Source: a virus
DNA: 64,000 nt
Direction: 5' to 3' (one strand)
IMG/VR virus record: IMGVR_UViG_3300022213_000004
Part shown: positions 1 to 7,211 of the stretch, in pieces
How positions within the stretch are numbered: the first letter of the stretch is position 1
Layout: every line of letters starts with the position of its first letter
The notes under the pieces: generated by a model
Seen by the model: only the letters and a program-made list of their open reading frames with translations
What the model was told of the DNA's origin: nothing
The model's database searches: none
Position numbers and translations under genes: made by a program

Positions 1-2
1 TT

Positions 3-158
3 GATGCTGATCTCTGTGAGTATCTGCTCCCCGATCACAGCGAAGAGTTTGCCTATGTCTTCCGTAATGGTGAGTGGGTATGCTATAATATGCACCAGTT
101 TGATGATAGCAAACTTCCCGAAATCGTTGAAATCCCCTCTGCTGCTCTTGCTGTTTGA
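3..158 (+). CDS. Hypothetical phage protein, 3' part (truncated by window edge)
   Basis: Open frame from window start to TGA at 156-158 (..EEFAYVFRNGEW..). Confidence 0.6.
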   Translation, partial: DADLCEYLLPDHSEEFAYVFRNGEWVCYNMHQFDDSKLPEIVEIPSAALAV

Positions 159-161
159 CCT

Positions 162-353
162 ATGAAAACTTCTACTGCTCTTGGTGTTGCTTTTGGTGCT
201 CTTGTTATTGTAACCGCCAGTCTATTCTTTGAGGCATGGTTGGTTGGACTGATTTTGTCTTGGTTTGGTGTAACCTTGTCATTCTGGCAGAACTTCGTTA
301 TGATTGTTCTTGCTAATCTTATCTTCAAACCCACTGGAGGTTCTTCAAAATGA
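162..353 (+). CDS. Small membrane protein
   Basis: 63 aa, hydrophobic throughout; ATGA overlap with next gene. Confidence 0.7.
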   Translation: MKTSTALGVAFGALVIVTASLFFEAWLVGLILSWFGVTLSFWQNFVMIVLANLIFKPTGGSSK

Positions 354-760
354 AACAACAAAACGGTTTTATTGACCCTGGTATTGCTATCGTCGCAATC
401 GGTGTAATTGCTTTGGGTGGTCTCATCTTTATTGGTGGTCCTCAGTATAATGTGTGGCAGCAATCTCTTGCTGGTAAAGCAGAACTGCAAAAAGCAGAAT
501 ATACTCGCCAGGTAGCAGTGCTGGAAGCACAAGCAAAGAAAGATTCGGCACAACAACTTGCTGATGCTGAGATCATCCGTGCTACTGGTGTTGCCAAAGC
601 AAACCAAATCATCGGTGACAGTCTAAAGGACAACCGTGAGTATCTTCAGTATCTGTATATCACTGGTCTGGAAGAAGGATCTAACAAAGGTAATGTTACG
701 ATCTATGTTCCTACAGAAAATGGACTTCCTGTGCCAACTCTTTCTTATGATAGGAAATAA
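350..760 (+). CDS. Membrane-anchored coiled-coil protein (SPFH/band-7 C-terminal-like)
   Basis: N-terminal TM segment; Ala/Glu-rich coil (AEIIRATGVAKANQII). Confidence 0.6.
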   Translation: MKQQNGFIDPGIAIVAIGVIALGGLIFIGGPQYNVWQQSLAGKAELQKAEYTRQVAVLEAQAKKDSAQQLADAEIIRATGVAKANQIIGDSLKDNREYLQYLYITGLEEGSNKGNVTIYVPTENGLPVPTLSYDRK

Positions 761-768
761 ATAATAAT

Positions 769-819
769 ACCTGATTTGACCGCAATCTGTCAGGAGGAGG
801 GTGAAAATCCCTCCTTTTT
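769..819 (+). ncRNA. Putative antisense small RNA 1 upstream of GIY-YIG gene
   Basis: Late-promoter-like AATAAATA 756-763; hairpin CCTGA/TCAGG; terminator 795-819; 774-784 is perfectly complementary to 834-844. Confidence 0.55.
795..819 (+). terminator. Intrinsic terminator
   Basis: AGGAGGG-TGAAAAT-CCCTCCT followed by T run. Confidence 0.75.
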
Positions 820-853
820 AGCATAAATAAATATGCGGTCAAATTAGAGTAGT

Positions 854-1429
854 ATGAAAGGCACTATCTATTGTGTCCATTGTATTTCTACAGGAAAGAA
901 ATACATAGGTCAAACAATACAAAAATTACAATATAGAATAAATGATCACTTTTGTAGGTCTTCAAATTCACAATATAAGTTTCATCGTGCCATAAGAAAA
1001 TATGGAAAAAATAACTTCATTTATGGTGTAATTGAAGAGTGTGATTTTAGTATCATTAATGATAGAGAAATGTATTGGATAAATGTATTTGATACATTTG
1101 AGAATGGATACAATAGTGATACTGGGGGAATGAATGGAAGATTATTGTCTGAAGAAACCAAAAGTAAAATACAACAAAAAACATCTAAACATAATAATCC
1201 AAGATATGGAGTAAAATTAGATGATGAATTAAAAGAAAAAATAAAAAATTCAAATTCCAAATTTGAATATACAATTTTAGAACTTAATACTAATATCTTT
1301 TACAAAACAAATAGTTTGAGAGACTTTTGTAAAAGATATGATTTGAAAAGAGTAAATCTCGCCAGAACTTTTACTGGAAAATATAAACAACATAAAGGTT
1401 TTAGAATGGTTAGTAAGGTGACACTTTGA
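854..1429 (+). CDS. Free-standing GIY-YIG homing endonuclease (Seg-like, NUMOD-type C-terminus)
   Basis: GTIY..KKYIGQT..R, FHRAIRKYG, E..WI..GYN, SEETKSKI..NPRYG. Confidence 0.88.
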   Translation: MKGTIYCVHCISTGKKYIGQTIQKLQYRINDHFCRSSNSQYKFHRAIRKYGKNNFIYGVIEECDFSIINDREMYWINVFDTFENGYNSDTGGMNGRLLSEETKSKIQQKTSKHNNPRYGVKLDDELKEKIKNSNSKFEYTILELNTNIFYKTNSLRDFCKRYDLKRVNLARTFTGKYKQHKGFRMVSKVTL

Positions 1430-1475
1430 GAACTGGCACAAGGCACCTCCTATTCCCTGCTGGATGCCCTATAAT
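1417..1475 (+). promoter_or_regulatory. Palindrome/-10 early-type promoter copy 1
   Basis: GGTGACAC-N8-CTGGCACA, 29 bp, TATAAT. Confidence 0.75.
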
Positions 1476-1498
1476 ACTTTCATACACAAAGACACCTG

Positions 1499-1705
1499 AT
1501 GACTGACCAACGACTAATGGAACTCTGGGGAGACGGAACTGAATTTGGTATGTCTCCCGATATGATTGGTGCTATGAACAACGCATTCCGTGAGGTTGCT
1601 ATGAGGTTTGCTACTAAGGTTATGGAAATTGAATATCAGGAAGGATATAATGATGGTTGGAGTGATGGTGTGGATAGTGCAAGGTCTGGTATTCTTGGAG
1701 ATTGA
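1499..1705 (+). CDS. Hypothetical protein
   Basis: 68 aa ORF directly downstream of promoter copy 1. Confidence 0.65.
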   Translation: MTDQRLMELWGDGTEFGMSPDMIGAMNNAFREVAMRFATKVMEIEYQEGYNDGWSDGVDSARSGILGD

Positions 1706-1707
1706 AA

Positions 1708-1755
1708 ATGATTGAAGGTGGTATGCCTGTTCCTACACTTCAGATGAACAAATGA
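1708..1755 (+). pseudogene. Stranded duplicate C-terminus of the 350-760 gene
   Basis: IEGGMPVPTLQMNK* aligns with TENGLPVPTLSYDRK*. Confidence 0.6.
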
Positions 1756-1910
1756 ACCGCAAGTATGTTGTCGCTGGATTGATTGGTTTTGCAGTCATTC
1801 TTGGATGGAATGTCTTTCTAATCCAACGCGATGATGCAATGTATAAAGCATACTATCCTCAGCAAGAGATAGAGAATCTCAAGAAACCTCCAAGTTCTCA
1901 AATCCGATGA
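1752..1910 (+). CDS. Small membrane protein
   Basis: 52 aa MNRKYVVAGLIGFAVILGWN.., ATGA-coupled to neighbours. Confidence 0.6.
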   Translation: MNRKYVVAGLIGFAVILGWNVFLIQRDDAMYKAYYPQQEIENLKKPPSSQIR

Positions 1911-2020
1911 CAATAGCACTTGCAATTTCTATCTACACTGCAATGATTGCCACGGTAGTATCAATCGTGGTATATTATTTCAGGGTTATTCGTCCTAAAG
2001 ATGAGGAGCAACTTAAATGA
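1907..2020 (+). CDS. Small membrane protein
   Basis: 37 aa with one TM helix, ATGA-coupled. Confidence 0.5.
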   Translation: MTIALAISIYTAMIATVVSIVVYYFRVIRPKDEEQLK

Positions 2021-2154
2021 TTTCGCAACGCATTAAAGACCTGATTATGAAAGCAGAACAAGAAAAAGTTGCCCAAGACTTTTGGAAAGAGATTGAGCGA
2101 CTTGCCTCCGAAAAAGAGGTTACAGTTGAATATTTCCTGATGGAGTTTTATTGA
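2017..2154 (+). CDS. Hypothetical protein, paralog of the C-terminus of 21443-21715
   Basis: EIERLASEKEVTVEYFLMEFY vs ELERKAAELEVTVDYYVMEFI. Confidence 0.6.
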   Translation: MISQRIKDLIMKAEQEKVAQDFWKEIERLASEKEVTVEYFLMEFY

Positions 2155-2226
2155 TGACTTTTATTCTTGGTATGGGACTTGGCATCCTTTTGACTATCGG
2201 AACTTCGTTTATAGTCTTTTCCGATC

Positions 2227-2255
2227 TTGACAACGACGACGACTAATCTTAAACT
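2227..2255 (+). promoter_or_regulatory. Sigma70-type promoter
   Basis: TTGACA-17-TAAACT upstream of ORF 2279. Confidence 0.6.
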
Positions 2256-2278
2256 AAAGAGGTAACTTACACAAACAA

Positions 2279-2518
2279 ATGGCACAAAAGTTCTTGTATA
2301 TCGTTGACCACTTTGCAAACTTTCCCCGTTCAGAATATGGAGGAATCTGGAATGTAATTGCAGAGGACGATGATGAATGTTTTGATTTGATTAAACAATA
2401 TGATGATGGATATAATGATGATTATTATGTAAATCTTCGTGAAAAAGTAGTTAATGCAAGAACCTATGCTCTTGCTGAGGATGTAGAATCCCGAGTGGTG
2501 GAGGCATTTACAACATAG
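2279..2518 (+). CDS. Hypothetical phage protein
   Basis: 79 aa ORF; GAGG RBS; FPRSEYGGIWNVIA motif. Confidence 0.7.
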   Translation: MAQKFLYIVDHFANFPRSEYGGIWNVIAEDDDECFDLIKQYDDGYNDDYYVNLREKVVNARTYALAEDVESRVVEAFTT

Positions 2519-2533
2519 GTTATAAATACTGAT

Positions 2534-2590
2534 GCCTGCGTTGGGTGCAATCTTCACAGGTAGAGGAGGAGCAGAGATGCTCCTTTTCTT
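2534..2590 (+). ncRNA. Putative antisense small RNA 2 upstream of GIY-YIG gene
   Basis: TATAAATA 2521-2528; hairpin GCCTG/CAGGT; terminator 2567-2590; 2540-2549 is perfectly complementary to 2604-2613. Confidence 0.55.
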
Positions 2591-2625
2591 GTATAAATAC
2601 TACTGCACCCAACAAAAGAGCAGTT

Positions 2626-3294
2626 ATGGTAAATCCTAACCGATTTTATACCTACGCATATTTGCGTGAGGATAAAACTCCTTATTACATAGGTAAAGGA
2701 GTCGGTGATAGATTATACAGAAAAAATAAAAGTGAGATAAAACCACCAAAAGATAAATCTAGAATAATATTTCTCAAACAGAATTTAACTGAAGAGGAAG
2801 CATTTAAGCACGAAATCTATATGATTGCTGTGTTTGGAAGAAAAGATTTAGACGCTGGTATTCTTCGAAATAAGACTAATGGAGGTGAAGGCACTAGTGG
2901 CATTATTCGTAATGAGGAATGGAAAGAAAATCAACATAAATCACAAAAAATTCGATTCAAAAGTCCAGAACAAAGAAAAAAACTAAGTGACTCAATTAAA
3001 AAATCTTGGCAAAATCCAAAAATAAGAAATAAAATTATCGAGTCATTTAAGAATAAAAGACTTACTGAGGAACACAAAGAAAATCTTAGTGACAGTATGA
3101 AAAAATTTTATGAACAGAATCCAAATTATAAAAAACAAAAGAGTGAATACCAAAGTAATTTTTTAAAAGGAAAAAAATGGTGGACTGATGGTAAAATTGA
3201 AAAAATTGATTTTGAGTGTCCTGGTGACGGGTGGAAAAGAGGAAGAATCTCCAGAAAAAAATCTACAGTAGACAATTCTAAAACTGACCACTAG
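2626..3294 (+). CDS. GIY-YIG family endonuclease with NUMOD3-like repeats
   Basis: FYTYAYLRED.TPYYIGKG.G.R, E..MI..FGR, LRNKTNGGEG, TEEHKENLS; start moved to ATG 2626, after late promoter 2592-2599. Confidence 0.85.
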   Translation: MVNPNRFYTYAYLREDKTPYYIGKGVGDRLYRKNKSEIKPPKDKSRIIFLKQNLTEEEAFKHEIYMIAVFGRKDLDAGILRNKTNGGEGTSGIIRNEEWKENQHKSQKIRFKSPEQRKKLSDSIKKSWQNPKIRNKIIESFKNKRLTEEHKENLSDSMKKFYEQNPNYKKQKSEYQSNFLKGKKWWTDGKIEKIDFECPGDGWKRGRISRKKSTVDNSKTDH

Positions 3295-3297
3295 ATG

Positions 3298-3326
3298 TTG
3301 ACTTTTGATTATTTCTCTGTTACTAT
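3298..3326 (+). promoter_or_regulatory. Sigma70-type promoter
   Basis: TTGACT-17-TACTAT. Confidence 0.55.
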
Positions 3327-3346
3327 TGGATAGTTGTTAAAACCTA

Positions 3347-3502
3347 ATGACAAACACCAACAAAATGGTATTTGACCTAAAGGTACAATACCAAGAACGA
3401 ATTGAGCAACTACAAAGAAAAATTGCAGAACAAGAGCACGAAATCTCACAACTGCAAAAACAAATCGAATATATGTCAAGAGACAAATTTTACGATTGCT
3501 AA
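3347..3502 (+). CDS. Small coiled-coil protein
   Basis: 51 aa ORF with heptad pattern. Confidence 0.55.
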   Translation: MTNTNKMVFDLKVQYQERIEQLQRKIAEQEHEISQLQKQIEYMSRDKFYDC

Positions 3503-3507
3503 TCAAT

Positions 3508-3795
3508 ATGAGTTATGAACCACAGGTTAATGATTATGTAAAATGGTCTAAAAGTGTTGAAGGATGGGTTTACTTTAAGGGCAAAGAGTATATCACAATT
3601 GAATACAATGTTCGCCCAAAGAATAAACAAAATTATCTTGCTTGTTCTATTCATAAGAATGAAAGAGTTCTTGTGATTTGCTACCATCATCAGTGGAATC
3701 AGTTAGAGTATGTTAAATCAAGAAAATCAAAATATGAAGAAGAACAAAACTGCCTGGCGATGGTGGGCAAAAGCGATTGGGGAGAAGGCAAGTAA
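3508..3795 (+). CDS. Hypothetical phage protein
   Basis: ORF MSYEPQVNDYVKW..EGWVYF. Confidence 0.65.
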   Translation: MSYEPQVNDYVKWSKSVEGWVYFKGKEYITIEYNVRPKNKQNYLACSIHKNERVLVICYHHQWNQLEYVKSRKSKYEEEQNCLAMVGKSDWGEGK

Positions 3796-3997
3796 ATGTG
3801 ATCGTGAATCGGATAAGATCGCTCTTATCCGAACTTTTATTTTTGCGACCTATTTGATTACTAATGCTTTTATTGTTGCTGGTGTGATTCGTCATTGGAA
3901 TGATGGCACTAAAATAGAAGTATTTGTTGAGACTTCTGCTCCAGAATATCAAACTCCTACGATGAAAGCATCAAATAGATCTTTTGAGTTTGAATAG
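3734..3997 (+). CDS. Hypothetical membrane protein
   Basis: WRWWAKAIGEKA..TM..IRHW. Confidence 0.65.
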   Translation: MKKNKTAWRWWAKAIGEKASKCDRESDKIALIRTFIFATYLITNAFIVAGVIRHWNDGTKIEVFVETSAPEYQTPTMKASNRSFEFE

Positions 3998-3999
3998 AC

Positions 4000-4007
4000 T
4001 ATAAATA
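4000..4007 (+). promoter_or_regulatory. T4-type late promoter
   Basis: TATAAATA 22 bp upstream of ATG 4030. Confidence 0.75.
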
Positions 4008-4029
4008 TCTAAAAAGTATTTGTAAAAAA

Positions 4030-4770
4030 ATGAACTCTCAAGACATTCACAATCTTCAAGAAGCATACCTAAGTGTTTATGAATCAAATTCACTTGAAGA
4101 AGGTATTCGCTCAGCAATGAAAAGACTTCTTGGTGGTAAGAAAAAAGAAACTGAAACATCAGAACCAGAAAGTAGAGGTGCATATCTCCGTAGAAAATAT
4201 AATGTTGGACCAGAAAGAAGTGATACATCTGCAAAGAGACAAATTCTAAACAGATCTGGTGCAAGAGCAGAAAGAGACAAAAGAGACTATGGTGGTTCTA
4301 AGTATTCCAAATCAGTTGCTCAACAATCAGCAGACGCACACGATCGTTATTTGAAAGCAGGTTATAGTAAGTATGGTGCTGATCTGAAGCACGGTAGAGG
4401 TAGTAAAGCAGCAAAAAGAGCAGCAGCACTTCAAAGAGAAGAGTATGACCTCTACGACATCATTCTCTCACACCTTCTTGATGAAGGATATGCTGAAACA
4501 CCAGAAGCAGCAGAAGTCATTATGGTGAATATGAGTGAAGAGTGGAGAGAGAGTATCGTTGAAGAAATGCTTGATGAAGCACTAACTGGTGAGCGTTATA
4601 AGAAGGTAATGAAAAAACCAGGTGGAACTGCATATAGTCGTAAGGTAAGCGCAGACCCATCCAAACGTGCTACAAGAGGTGGTAGAGGTGGTGAAAGTGA
4701 TTTTGGTGCTGGTGATAGAGGGTCTGGTAATAGAGCAGCAAGAAGAGCAGGAACTTATAGAGAGGACTGA
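4030..4770 (+). CDS. Late-expressed, probable internal head protein
   Basis: Late promoter; basic blocks separated by LQEA/LEEG/IVEE/LDEA candidate prohead-protease sites. Confidence 0.6.
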   Translation: MNSQDIHNLQEAYLSVYESNSLEEGIRSAMKRLLGGKKKETETSEPESRGAYLRRKYNVGPERSDTSAKRQILNRSGARAERDKRDYGGSKYSKSVAQQSADAHDRYLKAGYSKYGADLKHGRGSKAAKRAAALQREEYDLYDIILSHLLDEGYAETPEAAEVIMVNMSEEWRESIVEEMLDEALTGERYKKVMKKPGGTAYSRKVSADPSKRATRGGRGGESDFGAGDRGSGNRAARRAGTYRED

Positions 4771-4825
4771 ACCACTTTTCAAACTGTCCACTGGGGGGTC
4801 TTCGGACCTCCTTTTTTTGTATAAT
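4768..4825 (+). promoter_or_regulatory. Palindrome/-10 promoter copy 2 with embedded terminator
   Basis: TGAACCAC-N8-CTGTCCAC, 28 bp, TATAAT; the gap holds GGGGGTC-TTCG-GACCTCC-T7. Confidence 0.7.
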
Positions 4826-4847
4826 GGTCTCATACGAAACAAACCTC

Positions 4848-4934
4848 ATGGCAGTCTCTCACGAAATCAAGTCCCAACTCGCCAAACTGCTGGCTACTGA
4901 AGACCTTGTGGTGGAGCACAAGAAAGTCCCATAG
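4848..4934 (+). pseudogene. 28-codon 5' remnant of a CobT-like/peptidase-vWA gene
   Basis: MAVSHEIKSQLAKLLATEDLVVEHKKVP* resembles the N-terminus of a large protein common in T4-like cyanophages (recognised from memory). Confidence 0.55.
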
Positions 4935-4955
4935 TATCTTAAAATAAAATATAAT

Positions 4956-4983
4956 AAAAAAGGAGGGTTTTATCCCTCCTTTA
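4956..4983. terminator. Terminator between convergent units (mainly - strand)
   Basis: AAAAAAGGAGGG-TTTTAT-CCCTCCTTT. Confidence 0.7.
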
Positions 4984-4986
4984 ACT

Positions 4987-5190
4987 TTATTTGGAACTTA
5001 CGAAATCATTGATGATTTCTGCCTGCTTTAGGACATTTTCTAAAGTTGGAAACTCTGGATAGTCCATCGGCACTTCTTTTTTCTCAACTTCATTCCAACG
5101 AACAGCAGTATCGTGTTCTACACAAAATTGATCATTGAGCATATTATATGCTTGCTTAAAGATTTCAAATCGAAGTTCATATGGTGTCAT
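4987..5190 (-). CDS. Hypothetical protein; the only convincing - strand gene
   Basis: MTPYELRFEIFKQA..FPT..VLKQAEIINDFVS; AGGAG RBS; TTGACT-16-TATAAT on - strand at 5239-5266; own terminator. Confidence 0.8.
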   Translation of the reverse strand: MTPYELRFEIFKQAYNMLNDQFCVEHDTAVRWNEVEKKEVPMDYPEFPTLENVLKQAEIINDFVSSK

Positions 5191-5272
5191 AGGTATTCTC
5201 CTAATGTGTGTGATGTGTGAGTGTAATACTCAAGGGATATTATACAATAAATAATCAAAAAGTCAAGAGATA

Positions 5273-5482
5273 ATGAAGACCTTTCAACAATTCAATGAAG
5301 ATTTGAGAAAGCTTCAAGGAGAACTTGAAACTCTTGAGCGTCAATCTGCACCAAGACAAAGACTTGCTGCAAGAAGAAGAGCAGCACTAGAAAGAACAAG
5401 ACAACTTCATAAAGCAGAAAAACAAAGACAAAAGAAATATCAAGAGCAGCAAGCAGAATTAAGAAGACAAAGAAAAGATTAA
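5273..5482 (+). CDS. Basic coiled-coil protein with capsid-targeting-like N-terminus
   Basis: MKTFQQFNE resembles T4 internal-protein CTS MKTYQEFIAE; AATAAATA upstream. Confidence 0.65.
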   Translation: MKTFQQFNEDLRKLQGELETLERQSAPRQRLAARRRAALERTRQLHKAEKQRQKKYQEQQAELRRQRKD

Positions 5483-5492
5483 GCAAACTTAC

Positions 5493-5551
5493 TGGGACAC
5501 CTTGAGAACCGTCCATCACCCCTTCCCAGACCGCCCGTTCTGGTGTATGAT
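5493..5551 (+). promoter_or_regulatory. Palindrome/-10 promoter copy 3
   Basis: TGGGACAC-N8-CCGTCCAT, 29 bp, TATGAT. Confidence 0.75.
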
Positions 5552-5576
5552 ACTTAAGTTCAAATGAGAGAGGTCA

Positions 5577-5714
5577 ATGGACGATTTTGATGATTTTCAA
5601 ATTGAAGAGATCTCTGGTTTTGATTTTGCAGAAGAATCTTTCGATGGTCTCTTTGATGAAGAAACTGAGGAGCAATCATTTAACTCTTTTTTGAAATCTA
5701 ATTACGACTATTGA
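5577..5714 (+). CDS. Very acidic small protein
   Basis: 45 aa MDDFDDFQIEEISGFDFAEESFDGLFDEETEE..; GAGG RBS. Confidence 0.6.
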   Translation: MDDFDDFQIEEISGFDFAEESFDGLFDEETEEQSFNSFLKSNYDY

Positions 5715-5761
5715 TGTTTGCATCAATTCTTATCCGTCATCACTTTAATAAACTTGCAACT

Positions 5762-5947
5762 ATGACCCCCGATACTCTTAACTTCGCAGGTGATTATACC
5801 ACAATCCTTGGTTTTGTTGGTGTTCTTTCGACGTTTGTTATTGTTTATACTTCCTTCAAGCGTTTTTATAATTCTCCTTACAATGTTCGCGTAAAGACTC
5901 AAACTTCCAACGAAACCCCTGAACTTTATACCGAAACCAATGACTGA
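5762..5947 (+). CDS. Small membrane protein
   Basis: One TM helix. Confidence 0.6.
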   Translation: MTPDTLNFAGDYTTILGFVGVLSTFVIVYTSFKRFYNSPYNVRVKTQTSNETPELYTETND

Positions 5948-6131
5948 TACTGTAAATGTTCTTCCACATCTTCAAGAACTTCAACAAACTTGGAGGCGGC
6001 AGGATTTTAGTTTGACTAAACAACAACAAGAAGAATACAATATGCTTCTTCAAGCACGGCGAGAGAGAGTAAAATGGTTTTACTCTGAAGGTAGAGTTAG
6101 TAAAGGTCGCACTAAGACGGACACTTTCTGA
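5940..6131 (+). CDS. Hypothetical protein
   Basis: 63 aa; stop codon lies inside palindrome copy 4. Confidence 0.65.
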   Translation: MTDTVNVLPHLQELQQTWRRQDFSLTKQQQEEYNMLLQARRERVKWFYSEGRVSKGRTKTDTF

Positions 6132-6176
6132 ACTGGCACAGTCCCCTATCGTGGGGACTGCTGACCCTGCTATAAT
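6117..6176 (+). promoter_or_regulatory. Palindrome/-10 promoter copy 4
   Basis: ACGGACAC-N8-CTGGCACA, 30 bp, TGC-TATAAT. Confidence 0.75.
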
Positions 6177-6201
6177 AACCTTGTTGAAACGAACCAGTCC
6201 T

Positions 6202-6345
6202 ATGAAGTACATTGTTGAACTTTATGTTGGTGGTAAAGTCTTCAAGGAAGAGGTTTATGCAAACTCTCCTAAAGATGCCCGTGCTACGGCAACCGCAAGA
6301 AATCCTACAGCAAAAGTTGTTGGTGTTAATGCAACTTTCAAGTGA
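6202..6345 (+). CDS. Small hypothetical phage protein
   Basis: MKYIVELYVGGKVFKEEVYA..DAR.TA.ARNP.AKV. Confidence 0.7.
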   Translation: MKYIVELYVGGKVFKEEVYANSPKDARATATARNPTAKVVGVNATFK

Positions 6346-6350
6346 GTTCA

Positions 6351-6626
6351 ATGACTACTGACTTCACAACTTCTAATCTTTCTAAAATTCGCCCTAAACT
6401 TCGCACACAAGGAGTTGTATCTGGCAATTTTGGAAAAGCAAAAGTAAAATCAGGTTCTCCTCTTAAAGAACTTGGGATTACTAATGTTAAAGTAGTTAAA
6501 TGCACCAAACAAGATGATTATCTTAATCGTCTTTACAAAGCATTTGATGCTACTGAAGATCCTAAACTGAAGAAGTTCATTTACACTGAAATCCGCAAAA
6601 TCCACGTTCAACGAGGTGAATGGTGA
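6351..6626 (+). CDS. Hypothetical basic protein
   Basis: ORF within a coupled operon. Confidence 0.65.
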   Translation: MTTDFTTSNLSKIRPKLRTQGVVSGNFGKAKVKSGSPLKELGITNVKVVKCTKQDDYLNRLYKAFDATEDPKLKKFIYTEIRKIHVQRGEW

Positions 6627-6808
6627 CTAAAGTTGTTTATGCTTATGCTGAGATTGAAAAAGCATATAAGATTCTCAAAGAGATGGTGACTCGTGAAAAT
6701 AAACTTCACGAGATGGATATGACTATTATGTCTCAGCATCTTGATGATATTCAGTATGAGATTCTTCCTGCATTAGAAGAGATTGTTTATTACGATCCTT
6801 CTCCCTGA
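6620..6808 (+). CDS. Hypothetical protein
   Basis: 62 aa ORF, GAGG RBS. Confidence 0.6.
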   Translation: MVTKVVYAYAEIEKAYKILKEMVTRENKLHEMDMTIMSQHLDDIQYEILPALEEIVYYDPSP

Positions 6809-6826
6809 TTGTATAACTAATACTAC

Positions 6827-6885
6827 TGTGCCACTACTTTTTCTGGCACAATAACCTTTACGGGGCACAACAATCGTGCTATGAT
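6827..6885 (+). promoter_or_regulatory. Palindrome/-10 promoter copy 5
   Basis: TGTGCCAC-N8-CTGGCACA, 29 bp, TGC-TATGAT. Confidence 0.78.
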
Positions 6886-6911
6886 ACACACATCAAGTCA
6901 AGGAGGTTTCA

Positions 6912-7055
6912 ATGGTTATTAAAAATCAGAATACCATAGATGCTTATGGAGAGTTTGCTTTGAATTATCTTGGAATTGATCTTGAGGATTATATTGAACT
7001 CATTAGCGATTGTGAAGTCAAAGATGAGGAACTTGATTACTCTTTGAGTGTTTGA
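6912..7055 (+). CDS. Small acidic protein
   Basis: 47 aa, strong AAGGAGG RBS. Confidence 0.65.
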   Translation: MVIKNQNTIDAYGEFALNYLGIDLEDYIELISDCEVKDEELDYSLSV

Positions 7056-7098
7056 TACTTAGACCGCCGCAGTTCGGTCTCTAAACATAAACTGTTCT

Positions 7099-7170
7099 GG
7101 GGCGTTAGTATAACGGTTATTACCCTGGATTTGCAATTCAGAAATAAGGATTCGATTTCCTTACGCTCCA
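7099..7170 (+). tRNA. tRNA-Ala (UGC)
   Basis: Cloverleaf GGGGCGT/ACGCTCC with G3:U70 Ala determinant; anticodon loop TTTGCAA; TTCGA T-loop; no encoded CCA. Confidence 0.88.
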
Positions 7171-7211
7171 TTGGGAATAGTATTCCCAAATTACCCATTT
7201 ACATTTTTACT

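Noticed and set aside
769-847. SAM-II/SAM-V riboswitch
   Set aside because: Copy 1 superficially resembles SAM-II, but the pairing is uninterrupted, a terminator and promoter lie between the partners, copy 2 lacks the U-rich pocket residues, and the downstream genes are nucleases.
2545-2625. N-terminal extension of the second endonuclease
   Set aside because: It overlaps the terminator and late promoter; ATG 2626 is the plausible start. Track starts at 7131, 7466, 9809, 12767 and 19057 were shortened for similar reasons.
854-3294. Group I introns hosting the GIY-YIG genes
   Set aside because: No interrupted host gene or P/Q/R/S core is seen, and the flanks are too short. The genes are free-standing.
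7099-7170. tRNA-Cys (GCA)
   Set aside because: The seven-base loop places TGC at 34-36, and G3:U70 indicates Ala.
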